Below, one piece after another: positions 22,165-32,022 of a stretch of 64,000 nucleotides of DNA. The translations under genes and the position numbers were made by a program. The first letter of the stretch is position 1. Each line of letters begins with the position of its first letter. A model generated the notes under the pieces. It ran no database searches and was not told the origin of the DNA. It saw only the letters and a list, made by a program, of their open reading frames with translations. This stretch comes from Nitrospinaceae bacterium (GTDB taxonomy: Bacteria > Nitrospinota > Nitrospinia > Nitrospinales > Nitrospinaceae), in NCBI GenBank assembly GCA_965223665.1, contig OZ245011.1:1312001-1376000 (forward strand), given 5' to 3'.

Positions 22165-22848
22165 ATGACTTTTTCTCTAGATGATATTGTTCCCTGGGGC
22201 AGATCATTTGAAGAATATACTTCCATGTTCGCACTTTCAGAATCAGATCTAAAAAAATCTATCCTTGGATGTGGTGATGGTCCCGCGAGTTTTAACAGCA
22301 TTCTTTCCAAACAAAATGGAAATATCATTTCAGTAGATCCCCTTTACCAGTTTTCCCCGAACGAAATCAAAATACGTATCGATAAAGCTGTTCCCAAAGT
22401 TATAGAAAGCGCACATCAAAATAAGGATAATTTCCATTGGGATCAAATACCATCGCCTGAGAAGCTGGGGGAAATTAGAATGCAATCCATGAACCAATTC
22501 TTATCAGACTATCCAAAGGGAATTGAGGAAGGACGATACGTCAAAGCAAGTTTGCCAAACTTACCTTTCAATAATCAGAGATTTGAATTAGCCCTTTGCT
22601 CACATTTGCTTTTTCTTTACAGCAACAATTTAACCTACCAATTTCATTTGAATTCGATTGAGGAACTGTGCCGAGTGGCTCAAGAAATAAGAATTTTCCC
22701 ACTATTAGAACTTGATGGAAAAAGGTCACGTCACATAGATTCAATTTTATCTGAACTAAGAAATTTAGGAAAAACTTTTGAAGTTCAAAAAGTAAATTAC
22801 GAATTTCAAAAAAACGGAAACGAAATGCTTAAAATCACATCTCACTAA
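22165..22848 (+). CDS. SAM-dependent methyltransferase-like protein
   Basis: ILGCGDGPASFN motif I; LPNLPF..FELALCSHLLFLY; EIRIFPL. Confidence 0.8.
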   Translation: MTFSLDDIVPWGRSFEEYTSMFALSESDLKKSILGCGDGPASFNSILSKQNGNIISVDPLYQFSPNEIKIRIDKAVPKVIESAHQNKDNFHWDQIPSPEKLGEIRMQSMNQFLSDYPKGIEEGRYVKASLPNLPFNNQRFELALCSHLLFLYSNNLTYQFHLNSIEELCRVAQEIRIFPLLELDGKRSRHIDSILSELRNLGKTFEVQKVNYEFQKNGNEMLKITSH

Positions 22849-22874
22849 AAACTATTTTTCGTTAGTTTTTTTAC

Positions 22875-23183
22875 TTACTCAAATTCCGCATCAGGCCAAA
22901 GAGATTTAATCTCCTCATTTTGATGAGTTGCAGAGAAACACTCCCAGATGAGCCCGTTCACATCCTTTTCCTGACTAAAGCTAGCGGCTTCATCATTTTC
23001 AAATCCAAAATGGCGAAGCTCGACCTTGTCACTTTTCCGTATTGAAAAATTAATTTCAGGAATACGCCAAAGAGCATAAATTCCAGGCACCAACACACAA
23101 GGATTACTATTCAGGCGTCGTCCGTAATCTTCAACCGTTTTTTCAAATTCAATTACACTCAAGGCAATATGAAATTTTTTCAT
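22875..23183 (-). CDS. VOC/glyoxalase-like small protein
   Basis: FHIALSV, LRHFGFE, DVNGLIWE pattern. Confidence 0.65.
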   Translation of the reverse strand: MKKFHIALSVIEFEKTVEDYGRRLNSNPCVLVPGIYALWRIPEINFSIRKSDKVELRHFGFENDEAASFSQEKDVNGLIWECFSATHQNEEIKSLWPDAEFE

Positions 23184-23252
23184 CCAAATTATCCATTTTA
23201 ATTAAGTGTTTCGAGAAAAAATTGACTATGCATCCTAACATATTCGATTAAA

Positions 23253-23290
23253 ATTTTGACGTTTGAGAATTCATTCTCAAACATCAAAAT
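23253..23290. terminator. 18-bp inverted repeat; probable terminator of the diheme protein gene
   Basis: ATTTTGACGTTTGAGAAT-TC-ATTCTCAAACATCAAAAT, one mismatch (G-U on the minus strand), 28 nt after the stop of 23319..25070. Confidence 0.55.
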
Positions 23291-23318
23291 AATATTAAAC
23301 TCTTTTTAATGATCCATG

Positions 23319-25070
23319 TTACTCATAATCTTCATTAAGCGCCTCAAGAAATTTAACCAAAGGAATAACATCTTGCTCTCTAAGGCGAATACCCTTAAGT
23401 TCCTTAGCTCCATTTCTTAAAGCACCTCTACGAGCCAATTGAGAGGAGTCAATATAGAAGCGAATTACATCTTCTAAAGTATCTTCCTGCCCAGTATGCA
23501 TGAAAGGAGCAGAATGCCCTAAATCACGAAGCCCGGGAGTTTTGAACAAAGCAATGGTCTTAGGTAGTAATCTTTTGAAACGACATTTTTGAAATGCTCG
23601 AATGAATTTGCGAGGGGTTTGGATTAGCAAAAACAAGTTTGGCTCAGTTCCCAATTCCTTTTCACACAACAAATTGAAAATACGCACTTGTGGTTTAGGA
23701 AAATCCGGATTAGCAAATACATTCCATAAACCTAAATCGATATGCTTATTATCAGTAGAGGGTATACTTTTAAATTTTCCGGAAGCATTTGGATGCTTAG
23801 GGGTTGGAGGTAAATACCTGTTTGGATGTTTCAACCTCTTATTCAATCCAGGAACCCACAACTTTCTAAAGGATCCATTACCATGAATTCCATCGAATTC
23901 TTTTTGTGTTGACCCAGTATTGTGAAAGTTAAAGTCCGTAAAATTTGGAGCCGCATGACAGGAAACACAATTCCCGGCACCTGAGGAATGGTGGTTGCGG
24001 TTTTTTTCATTAAAAAATAATTTCAACCCTCTTAACTCTTCGGGTCCAAAAACATAATCTTGTTCATGAAATGCAAAAATCCCGTTTTCAGGGTCCTGAA
24101 CATACTTTATTTCTGAAAGATTTTTAATTTCTGTTAATAATCGACGACTGTATTCCAGGTCAGACTCACCTTCTTTTGGATTTCGATCCAATCCATTCAA
24201 TTGCAAAAAAACATCATACGGAGAAAGGTTAAATTCCCCATTGTCATCCTGGCTGAACATCAAATCAGTCACGTAGGCTGCGATAATTTTAGCCACTAAA
24301 TTTAAGATATCCTCATCCGTAGTGGCTGGATCTTCAACGTCAATCTGCAGTTCAACAGGTAAAACAAGATCCTCAATTAAGTCTCCATTTTCGTCCCGAG
24401 GATTTCCTTTCAACACTTCTTTGTAGGCCCCACCAAATTCTTTAGCTAAATCGGCCATTCCGGCATCGTTACGAATGATATGGGCTACATGTTGAATCGC
24501 TGTTTTAAATTCATTTGATAACCATCCATAGTTTCTTCCTGTAAGGGTTGCTATTACGAGATCTTCCATGGTTAAAAATTCTGCATCAAAATGAAATAAA
24601 ACTCCATTGGGTCTGGGTAAGGATGCATTGACTAATGGAGGAGAGTTTCTGGGTGCATGGGTGGCCCCATCTCCACCGAAATCTTTCGGTCTGGCAGGGA
24701 CGGGGCTCCTTCTGGCAAAATCGGTATAGGTCCGCATCCCTCCACCGGGAGCATCCAAGTGCTCATCAACAAAATGACAACCGCGACAATTCATAGACTG
24801 GCCTGCAAAAGGACCTGGCAACGGCTCCCCCAATGTTTCAGTTCCGCCCATTACAGGATCGCCCTTGTCTAAATTATGGTTGGCATCTCCTTTTGACATC
24901 TCAAAGAAAAACTGTGCAAATCTTGTTTCCAAGAACAATCTTTCCCCAATTGCGATTTCGGGTGGGTCACTTTCCTCTTCTTGGGCTAAACTTTTTGAAA
25001 TTAGTAAACTTTGAGTTCCTATTATCACAAGGCTAATAAAAACAATTGACTTGATGACTTTTGTCCGCAT
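23319..25070 (-). CDS. Exported diheme cytochrome c peroxidase/MauG-superfamily protein
   Basis: Signal peptide; GERLFLE; CRGCH and CVSCH heme c motifs; PRNSPPLVN; FHNTG; FKTPGLRDL..SAPFMHTG; GGGAGG RBS before ATG 25070. Confidence 0.85.
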   Translation of the reverse strand: MRTKVIKSIVFISLVIIGTQSLLISKSLAQEEESDPPEIAIGERLFLETRFAQFFFEMSKGDANHNLDKGDPVMGGTETLGEPLPGPFAGQSMNCRGCHFVDEHLDAPGGGMRTYTDFARRSPVPARPKDFGGDGATHAPRNSPPLVNASLPRPNGVLFHFDAEFLTMEDLVIATLTGRNYGWLSNEFKTAIQHVAHIIRNDAGMADLAKEFGGAYKEVLKGNPRDENGDLIEDLVLPVELQIDVEDPATTDEDILNLVAKIIAAYVTDLMFSQDDNGEFNLSPYDVFLQLNGLDRNPKEGESDLEYSRRLLTEIKNLSEIKYVQDPENGIFAFHEQDYVFGPEELRGLKLFFNEKNRNHHSSGAGNCVSCHAAPNFTDFNFHNTGSTQKEFDGIHGNGSFRKLWVPGLNKRLKHPNRYLPPTPKHPNASGKFKSIPSTDNKHIDLGLWNVFANPDFPKPQVRIFNLLCEKELGTEPNLFLLIQTPRKFIRAFQKCRFKRLLPKTIALFKTPGLRDLGHSAPFMHTGQEDTLEDVIRFYIDSSQLARRGALRNGAKELKGIRLREQDVIPLVKFLEALNEDYE

Positions 25071-25109
25071 CGTAATTCCTCCCGGCAAAAAACTTACAAA
25101 GCTAATTGA

Positions 25110-25130
25110 AAATGATAATGATTATCATTT
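25110..25130. promoter_or_regulatory. Fur box
   Basis: Perfect palindrome AAATGATAAT-G-ATTATCATTT containing the 7-1-7 consensus TGATAATnATTATCA. Confidence 0.85.
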
Positions 25131-25375
25131 ATATCAAAGGGGTAGTTTTGTCAACACAAAATTCACTTCAAAACCAAAAACTTTATCACTTGAGACATCA
25201 AACTATGGGTTGCCGGATGAAAACTCTTATGAGACTCTTCTAATAGACCAAGGCCTGCATTTTTCAAACTTGCAATAAAATATGGGGAAATTATTTTTTC
25301 CATGATTCATTCATATATTAAGTAATTGAGATAACAAATATGACCAAATCACCTAATTTTAGGGAGGAAGATAAA

Positions 25376-25900
25376 ATGACCACCTTAAGAATTATTTTCT
25401 TAGTTATGATTTTCACACTTGTTATAAACCCCTTTTTATATGCTGAGGAATTTAAACCTTATGTAGGTTCTAAAGAATTTGAACAACTTAAAAAATTAAG
25501 TGGCCAATGGTCGGGTACTATAGATATGGGCAAGGGTCCAGAGAAAATTAAAGCGAGTTATAAAATCACATCAGGTGGTAGTGCTCTTGTTGAAACCATT
25601 TTTGAAGGGATGCCTCATGAAATGGTCACCATTTACCATGATGACAGTAATCGCAAATTAAATATGACCCACTATTGCATGCTTAATAATCAACCTAAAA
25701 TGACTCTAGCTTCCTCGGACAGTAATTCCTTTCAATTCTACTTGGCTGACGATTCAACTATTCAAGCTGCTCATGAAGACCATATGCATTCCGCCTTGAT
25801 AAAGATCGAAGGCAAAAAAAAAATGACTCAGCATTGGACTGAGTATGATAAAGGGAAAAAAAAGAAAGTCGTGAAGATTGTTTTCAACAGAGTAAAATAG
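25376..25900 (+). CDS. Exported hypothetical protein with HEMVTIYH and THYCMLNNQP motifs
   Basis: GGAGG RBS before ATG 25376; signal peptide; His/Met/Cys-rich beta-strand-like body. Confidence 0.75.
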   Translation: MTTLRIIFLVMIFTLVINPFLYAEEFKPYVGSKEFEQLKKLSGQWSGTIDMGKGPEKIKASYKITSGGSALVETIFEGMPHEMVTIYHDDSNRKLNMTHYCMLNNQPKMTLASSDSNSFQFYLADDSTIQAAHEDHMHSALIKIEGKKKMTQHWTEYDKGKKKKVVKIVFNRVK

Positions 25901-26060
25901 GGTCTTAAAAGTAAATTTTGTTCTTCCTTGCTAACCTTTGGTCTTTTTAACTTTTTTATTCACAATTTTTGTAATTTAAGAGTCCGTCTTAAGACTAAGA
26001 CAATACTTGTTATTTTTTTTCAACCACTCGATACACTTAGTCTTTGGCAAAGGAAAAAAA

Positions 26061-27716
26061 ATGACTTTAAAGTCAATGAAAGCATCCGATTTATTAGTAA
26101 AGGCTCTAGAACAAGAGGGCGTTGAGTATATCTTTGGAGTTCCGGGTGAGGAAAATTTAGATTTATTGGATTCCATCCGACAATCCAGGAAAATAAAGTT
26201 AATTGTCACTCGCCATGAACAAGGAGCCGCATTCATGGCTTCCACCTATGGAAGACTGACGGGGCGAGCTGGGGTTTGCATGGCAACACTGGGCCCAGGT
26301 GCTACCAACTTTGTAACTCCAGCAGCATATGCCAATTTAGGCGCAATGCCTTTAATAATGATTACCGGCCAAAAACCTATCAAAAAATCCAAGCAAGGCC
26401 AATTTCAAATTATAGATATTGTGCGATTGATGGAACCCATCACAAAATTTTCCAAACAAATAGTACATGGCAACACAATTCCTGCACTAGTTAGAGAGGC
26501 ATTTCGCATAGCTGAGGAAGAACGTCCGGGGGCAGTCCTTCTTGAGCTACCTGAGGATATCGCCGCCGAAGAAACTCAAACACATATTTTCAAACCCCAT
26601 GAACGTCTTTATGCAGTTGCGGGAGAGGCAATTATTGAGGAAGCTTCCTCCTTAATTAATAAAGCCCAGCACCCACTTCTTTTGATCGGTGCAGGAGCAA
26701 ACCGAAAGGGTGTACGACAAGCATTGTGCGACTTTGTAGGTGAAACAGGAATTCCTTTTTTCACGACACAAATGGGAAAGGGAGTTATTGATGAGCGGCA
26801 TCCTCTATTTTTAGGAACCGCTGCTTTATCGGACAACGACTACATCCATTGCGCGATTGATCGTGCTGATTTGGTTATTAATGTGGGGCACGATGTCGTA
26901 GAAAAACCTCCCTTCTTTATGGAAGATGGGAAAAAGAAAGTAATCCACGTAAATTTCAAATCCGCGGAAGTCGATCAAGTCTATTTTCCTCAAATTGAAG
27001 TTGTAGGAGATATTGCTGAGTCCATTCAACTTCTAGGTAAAAAACTCGGAAAAGTAAATGCCGATTTTTCTTATTTCTTGAGAGTCAAAAATGAAGTGGA
27101 TAAACATTCCACTGAAGGAATTGATGACACACGGTTTCCGTTAATTCCCCAAAGATTAGTGGCAGATGTAAGAACTGCCATGGGAGAAGATGGCATCATT
27201 GCACTGGATAATGGCATGTATAAAATCTGGTTTGCCCGTAACTATAAAGCGTACCATCCTAATACCGTTTTACTTGATAATGCCTTAGCTACCATGGGAG
27301 CAGGACTTCCTTCTGCAATGATGGCCGCAATTCTCAATCCCGATAAGCGTGTCATGGCAATTTGTGGAGATGGTGGTTTTATGATGAATTCACAAGAGCT
27401 TGAAACCGCCGTACGCTTGAAACTCAATTTGGTAGTTGCGGTACTCAACGACAATTCGTATGGAATGATTCGATGGAAACAGGCTCAGGCAGGATTTCCG
27501 GATTGGGGACTGGAATTTAACAATCCAGACTTCGTAAAATACGCAGACAGTTATGGAGCCAAGGGACATCGAGCTAAAAATACAGAGGGATTAGGCCAAC
27601 TCCTTGAATCAGCCTTTAAAGAGGGTGGAGTTCATTTAGTGGAAATTTCTATGGATTATTCAGAAAACACCAAAGTACTCATTGATGAATTAAAACAAAA
27701 AGTATGCTTAATATGA
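26061..27716 (+). CDS. ThDP-dependent enzyme, acetolactate synthase large-subunit-like (possible 2-oxoglutarate decarboxylase)
   Basis: FGVPGEENL, RHEQGAAFMA, TLGPGATN, ThDP motif GDGGFMMN...NDNSYG; AAGGA RBS before ATG 26061. Confidence 0.88.
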   Translation: MTLKSMKASDLLVKALEQEGVEYIFGVPGEENLDLLDSIRQSRKIKLIVTRHEQGAAFMASTYGRLTGRAGVCMATLGPGATNFVTPAAYANLGAMPLIMITGQKPIKKSKQGQFQIIDIVRLMEPITKFSKQIVHGNTIPALVREAFRIAEEERPGAVLLELPEDIAAEETQTHIFKPHERLYAVAGEAIIEEASSLINKAQHPLLLIGAGANRKGVRQALCDFVGETGIPFFTTQMGKGVIDERHPLFLGTAALSDNDYIHCAIDRADLVINVGHDVVEKPPFFMEDGKKKVIHVNFKSAEVDQVYFPQIEVVGDIAESIQLLGKKLGKVNADFSYFLRVKNEVDKHSTEGIDDTRFPLIPQRLVADVRTAMGEDGIIALDNGMYKIWFARNYKAYHPNTVLLDNALATMGAGLPSAMMAAILNPDKRVMAICGDGGFMMNSQELETAVRLKLNLVVAVLNDNSYGMIRWKQAQAGFPDWGLEFNNPDFVKYADSYGAKGHRAKNTEGLGQLLESAFKEGGVHLVEISMDYSENTKVLIDELKQKVCLI

Positions 27717-29128
27717 ACGATATCTCCAAAAAAACATCAAAAAATTCCGTACTGGAAGTAAAAAACCCTTTCGATCAAAAGTTTATTGATTCAGTTCAAG
27801 TTGAATCCTGGGATCAAGTAGATCAAAGGTTAAATCATGCTGTTCAATTGTTTCGCAACAAAAAATCCTGGCTTCCTGCTTACAAGAGAATTGAAATATT
27901 AAAAAATGTAGCGCGGTCCATGGAAACCCGTTTTGAGGAGTTAGCTTTTCAAATTGCCAACGAAGGGGGAAAACCACTTATTGATGCTCGCGTGGAAGTG
28001 ACCCGCGCTATTGATGGAGTAGAGCTTTGCGTTAAGGAAATAGATCATCTAACAGGAAAAGAAATTGCAATGGATTTAACCAAGGCTGGATCCGGACGAA
28101 AAGCCTTCACTTATCACGAGCCCATTGGCCCGGTAGTTGCAATTTCGGCATTTAATCACCCCTTAAATCTAATTGTTCATCAAGTGGCGCCAGCCGTTGC
28201 AGTTGGATGCCCTGTAATTATAAAACCGGCTGATGACACACCATTGTCAGCTAAAACTTTTGTTGAGATTTTGCATGAATCAGGACTTCCCCAATATTGG
28301 TGTCAATTTGTTGTTTGTGATATCCCAACCGCTGAGCGCTTAGTTACTGATTCACGAGTAGCATTTTTTTCTTTTATAGGTTCTGCCAGGGTTGGCTGGA
28401 TGTTGCGCAACAAGTTAGCTCCAGGTACCCGTTGTGCCTTGGAACATGGTGGAGCCGCGCCGGTAATAGTGGATGAAAGTGCAGATATCGACAAAATGAT
28501 CCCTTCTCTCACAAAAGGAGGCTTTTACCACGCAGGACAAGTTTGCGTTTCCGTACAAAGAGTATTTTGTCCGAAAAAAAGAGAGTGGGAAATTGCACAA
28601 AAATTAGCTGACTTAGCAGCAAAACTGGTCGTTGGAAATGCGATTGCAGAAAAGACTGAAGTAGGCCCTTTAATCCGTCCTCAAGAAACTAATCGAATTG
28701 ATTTATGGGTAAAGGAAGCTTTGGAAAGTGGTGGAAAAGCTCTTTGTGGTGCTAAAAAGTTAAGTGAAACAACTTACTCTCCCACTATTTTGCTAAATCC
28801 ATCAGATCAAGCCAAAGTGTCTACACAAGAAATTTTTGGTCCTGTAGTATGTGTTTATTCATACAAAACCATAGACGAAGCCCTTCAAAGAGCAAATGCC
28901 CTACCCTACGCTTTTCAGGCTTCTTGTTTTACAAATCGCCTGGATATCGCTTCCCAATGTATTCGGGAATTAGATGCAACAGCCGTCATGATAAACGATC
29001 ATACTGCTTTTCGAGTCGACTGGATGCCTTTTGCTGGACGAAAGCAATCAGGCTATGGGGTTGGAGGCATTCCACATACAATGCTCGACATGACACAGGA
29101 AAAAATGATGGTTATTAACGATTTCTAG
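27713..29128 (+). CDS. NAD(P)-dependent aldehyde dehydrogenase
   Basis: AFNHPLN, FIGSA, LEHGGAAP, catalytic Cys in GQVCVS, EIFGPV; ATGA overlap with the upstream stop. Confidence 0.93.
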   Translation: MNDISKKTSKNSVLEVKNPFDQKFIDSVQVESWDQVDQRLNHAVQLFRNKKSWLPAYKRIEILKNVARSMETRFEELAFQIANEGGKPLIDARVEVTRAIDGVELCVKEIDHLTGKEIAMDLTKAGSGRKAFTYHEPIGPVVAISAFNHPLNLIVHQVAPAVAVGCPVIIKPADDTPLSAKTFVEILHESGLPQYWCQFVVCDIPTAERLVTDSRVAFFSFIGSARVGWMLRNKLAPGTRCALEHGGAAPVIVDESADIDKMIPSLTKGGFYHAGQVCVSVQRVFCPKKREWEIAQKLADLAAKLVVGNAIAEKTEVGPLIRPQETNRIDLWVKEALESGGKALCGAKKLSETTYSPTILLNPSDQAKVSTQEIFGPVVCVYSYKTIDEALQRANALPYAFQASCFTNRLDIASQCIRELDATAVMINDHTAFRVDWMPFAGRKQSGYGVGGIPHTMLDMTQEKMMVINDF

Positions 29129-29142
29129 ATTATGGAGTTGAT

Positions 29143-29922
29143 TTAAAACCCAGATCTGGATGTTGCTTTCACTAACGTATCAGAATTTTTCCAAATAAGT
29201 TGATCTTCAGGAATCAAGAAATCACCCTTCCCATTTCTAAACGGACGCCACTCATGATTCACATAAAGTTCATTGGGTCGGAAGTTCGCTTTATAAGACA
29301 AAGATTGATTTTTAGATATGAAATAGCCCATATAAAAATAGGGAATACTTTTACTTTGGCAAAATTGAATTTGCTTAAGTACACTGAAAGTTCCCAAACT
29401 CATCTTGGACTGTGGCACATCATAAAAAGTATAAACTGCGGAAAACGTTTTACGAGTAACATCAGATAACGCCACTCCAACTAATTTGCCTTCGTAATAA
29501 TATTCAAATTCCCATCCAAAGGGCGTATTGGTATAAAAAGATAGGCGAAAGTTTTCTTCGTCTTCTACATCATCCTGCAATGATTGAAATCGCCCTTTAT
29601 GTTTGAGGTAAAGTTGAAACTTTTCATGCGTGAATTTGGGAGGAGCCATAAATATCTCGATTCCTTCACATTCCTTTATGGATCTCCGCTGACTACGATT
29701 CATTTTAAAAACTTCAGTTCGCAGTCTTATAGGAACACATTCATAACATTTTTGGCAGCGAGGTCGAAAATAGTATTCCCCAAAATGCCTCATTCCATGA
29801 GCCAACATATATTCAAATTCGACCTCAGATATATCCTCTAAGAGATATTCTTCGAATAAAGATTGTCGGTCCTTAAAATAACCGCACTGAAATGGCTTAG
29901 AATCGATAAAATGGGCAAGCAT
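29143..29922 (-). CDS. ate: Arginyl/leucyl-tRNA-protein transferase (bacterial Ate/Bpt family)
   Basis: CGY, GMRHFG, RPRCQKCYECVPIR, SAVYTFYD, SLGTFSVL, YMGYFI, YKANFRP. Confidence 0.85.
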   Translation of the reverse strand: MLAHFIDSKPFQCGYFKDRQSLFEEYLLEDISEVEFEYMLAHGMRHFGEYYFRPRCQKCYECVPIRLRTEVFKMNRSQRRSIKECEGIEIFMAPPKFTHEKFQLYLKHKGRFQSLQDDVEDEENFRLSFYTNTPFGWEFEYYYEGKLVGVALSDVTRKTFSAVYTFYDVPQSKMSLGTFSVLKQIQFCQSKSIPYFYMGYFISKNQSLSYKANFRPNELYVNHEWRPFRNGKGDFLIPEDQLIWKNSDTLVKATSRSGF

Positions 29923-30147
29923 GGAAAAATAAAGTGCAAAATGAATACTTTTTATTGAGACATATTCTATTATATATTTGGATAGATGAATAGATCAAAC
30001 GAATCAACTTTTTGTAAAATAATCCTTTATTAATTAAGGTTTTCAATATATTTGAAATTTAGTTAGTTTTAATCTACGATTATGGTCGGTTTAAATTTAT
30101 TATTTAATTCCAATACACTTACCTTCCTAAATTTCAATTGATTTCCA

Positions 30148-30825
30148 TTGAAGACCACAATTATTATTCCCACCCTTAATGAATCCAAAATCCTGGCAAA
30201 CACCCTGGAAAAAGTTAAAAAACTTCAACCCCATGAAATTATTATTGGTGATGGCGGCAGCCAGGATGAAACCCTCGAAATTGCAAAAACATATCCAACA
30301 AAGATTGTTTTAAGTCCCCCTGGTAGGAGTTTGCAAATGAATGCAGCGGCGGGTGAAGCTTCTGGAGATATTCTACTATTTCACCATGCAGATAGTTTTA
30401 TAACTAAAAAAGGTTTTGAAAAAATGAATGCAGTAATTGCAAAGGGGAAGTACTTTGGTGGGGCGTTTAGTTTACAAATTGATTCAGATCAACCCAGGTT
30501 AAAGCGAATATCACGTTGGGCCACTCTCCGTTCAAGATTTTTAAATTTAACTTACGGAGATCAGGCCATATTTGTACGTCGGGATATTTTTGAGGAACTG
30601 AACGGGTACATGCCTATTCCCATATGCGAGGATTTAGATTTTTCTCTAAGGCTGAAGAAGCGTGGGCCAATGATTATTTTAAAAGATAAATCCTATACCT
30701 CTCCGAGGCGCTGGTTAAAGGAAGGGATAGGTTTTACAACAGCCCGGAATTTACTAATTTCTTCCCTTTTTCTGCTGGGTGTTTCTCCCAATCGACTTTG
30801 TCGTTGGTATCCCCCAAAACGTTGA
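30148..30825 (+). CDS. GT2 glycosyltransferase (TIGR04283-like)
   Basis: IIIPTLNE, DGGSQD, QMNAAA, HADS, YGDQAIFVRR, EDLD, TSPRRW. Confidence 0.85.
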   Translation: MKTTIIIPTLNESKILANTLEKVKKLQPHEIIIGDGGSQDETLEIAKTYPTKIVLSPPGRSLQMNAAAGEASGDILLFHHADSFITKKGFEKMNAVIAKGKYFGGAFSLQIDSDQPRLKRISRWATLRSRFLNLTYGDQAIFVRRDIFEELNGYMPIPICEDLDFSLRLKKRGPMIILKDKSYTSPRRWLKEGIGFTTARNLLISSLFLLGVSPNRLCRWYPPKR

Positions 30826-30978
30826 AAGCTAACAAAAGCACTTCATCAACCTTAAATTAATTAGGTAACACTCATTTATTCAATACTTCACTTACTCTCT
30901 TTATCTCTTCTCATTTGGTCAGGTTCTTTATATAATGGCATTAAATATTGAAAAATTTTAATTCAAACGGATATTGGT

Positions 30979-31443
30979 GTGGGAAAACGAAAAAACAAAA
31001 AAAACTCTAAACAACGAAAATTTCCAAAGAGTAAATTGTCAAGACCTGTGGCTTTCATTATTCCCATAATTTTAACTTTAGGTTTAGTTTATTGGTACAC
31101 AAAGCCGCCCACTGTTCCTCAAGCGGCGGCAACGGGACAGTTAATTGAAAATCGGCCTATCCTTTCCCCCGCGGGTTTTACTGGAAAAGCCGCATTGGCA
31201 TACAGATATGCTGCAGAAATCCCAAAGGTTATTGACAGCCAATTTTGCTATTGTTACTGCAAACGAGATCATGGTCACAAAACATTGCTTACTTGCTTCA
31301 CCAATAAACATGGTTCCGAATGTGACGTTTGCATTGAAGAAGTACTTTACTCTTATCAATTATATAAAGAAGGAAAAACCATTGATGAAATTGTAGTTGC
31401 CATTGATAAAAAGTTTTACCGACCCTACAAACGTCATATGTAA
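30979..31443 (+). CDS. PCYCGC-motif-like membrane-anchored Cys/His protein
   Basis: N-terminal TM; FCYCYC...GHKTLLTCF...HGSECDVC. Confidence 0.8.
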   Translation: MGKRKNKKNSKQRKFPKSKLSRPVAFIIPIILTLGLVYWYTKPPTVPQAAATGQLIENRPILSPAGFTGKAALAYRYAAEIPKVIDSQFCYCYCKRDHGHKTLLTCFTNKHGSECDVCIEEVLYSYQLYKEGKTIDEIVVAIDKKFYRPYKRHM

Positions 31444-31454
31444 TTAAAAAACTT

Positions 31455-32018
31455 ATGGAACAAGCTATAAATAAAAAACCGGTTAGCATATACATTCCTT
31501 ATGCTTTATTAGCAACTGCTTTACTTTCCATTTTAATAATGGCAATCAACAAAGTAGAACTCAAACCCTTTGAAGTTGAATATCCTGCAGAAGCTTTTAT
31601 TGCCCCCAACTTTGACCTACCAACGATTTCAGGGGGTAAAATTTCACTCAAGGAATATAGGGGTAAAGTGGTATTTATCAATTTTTGGGCTACTTGGTGT
31701 GCAACCTGCGAGGTAGAAATGCCTTCAATGCAAAAAGTCTATAACGAGTTTAAAGATAAAGGGCTGGAGATGCTAACGATCAGTGTAGATAAAGATCAAA
31801 GTAAAATTCAACCATTTATGGAAAAACATAAGCTAACCTTTCCTGTTCTTCTCGACCCTGAAGAAAGTATCGCCAAAAAAGTATATAAAACTACTGGGGT
31901 ACCGGAGACATTTATTGTAAACAAAGCAGGTATCATTGTTCATAAAGCCATTGGCCCAAGAGATTGGGCAACAGAAGAAGCTATTGCCGCTTTTGCTCAA
32001 CTTGTTGAACAATCATAA
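31455..32018 (+). CDS. TlpA/ResA-family thiol-disulfide oxidoreductase
   Basis: N-terminal TM; APNFDL; GKVVFINFWATWCATCEVEMP; GVPETF. Confidence 0.92.
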   Translation: MEQAINKKPVSIYIPYALLATALLSILIMAINKVELKPFEVEYPAEAFIAPNFDLPTISGGKISLKEYRGKVVFINFWATWCATCEVEMPSMQKVYNEFKDKGLEMLTISVDKDQSKIQPFMEKHKLTFPVLLDPEESIAKKVYKTTGVPETFIVNKAGIIVHKAIGPRDWATEEAIAAFAQLVEQS

Positions 32019-32022
32019 ACTT

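Noticed and set aside
30148-30825. Arsenosugar biosynthesis cluster
   Set aside because: No arsM or arsS-type radical SAM gene adjacent; this GT family is widespread
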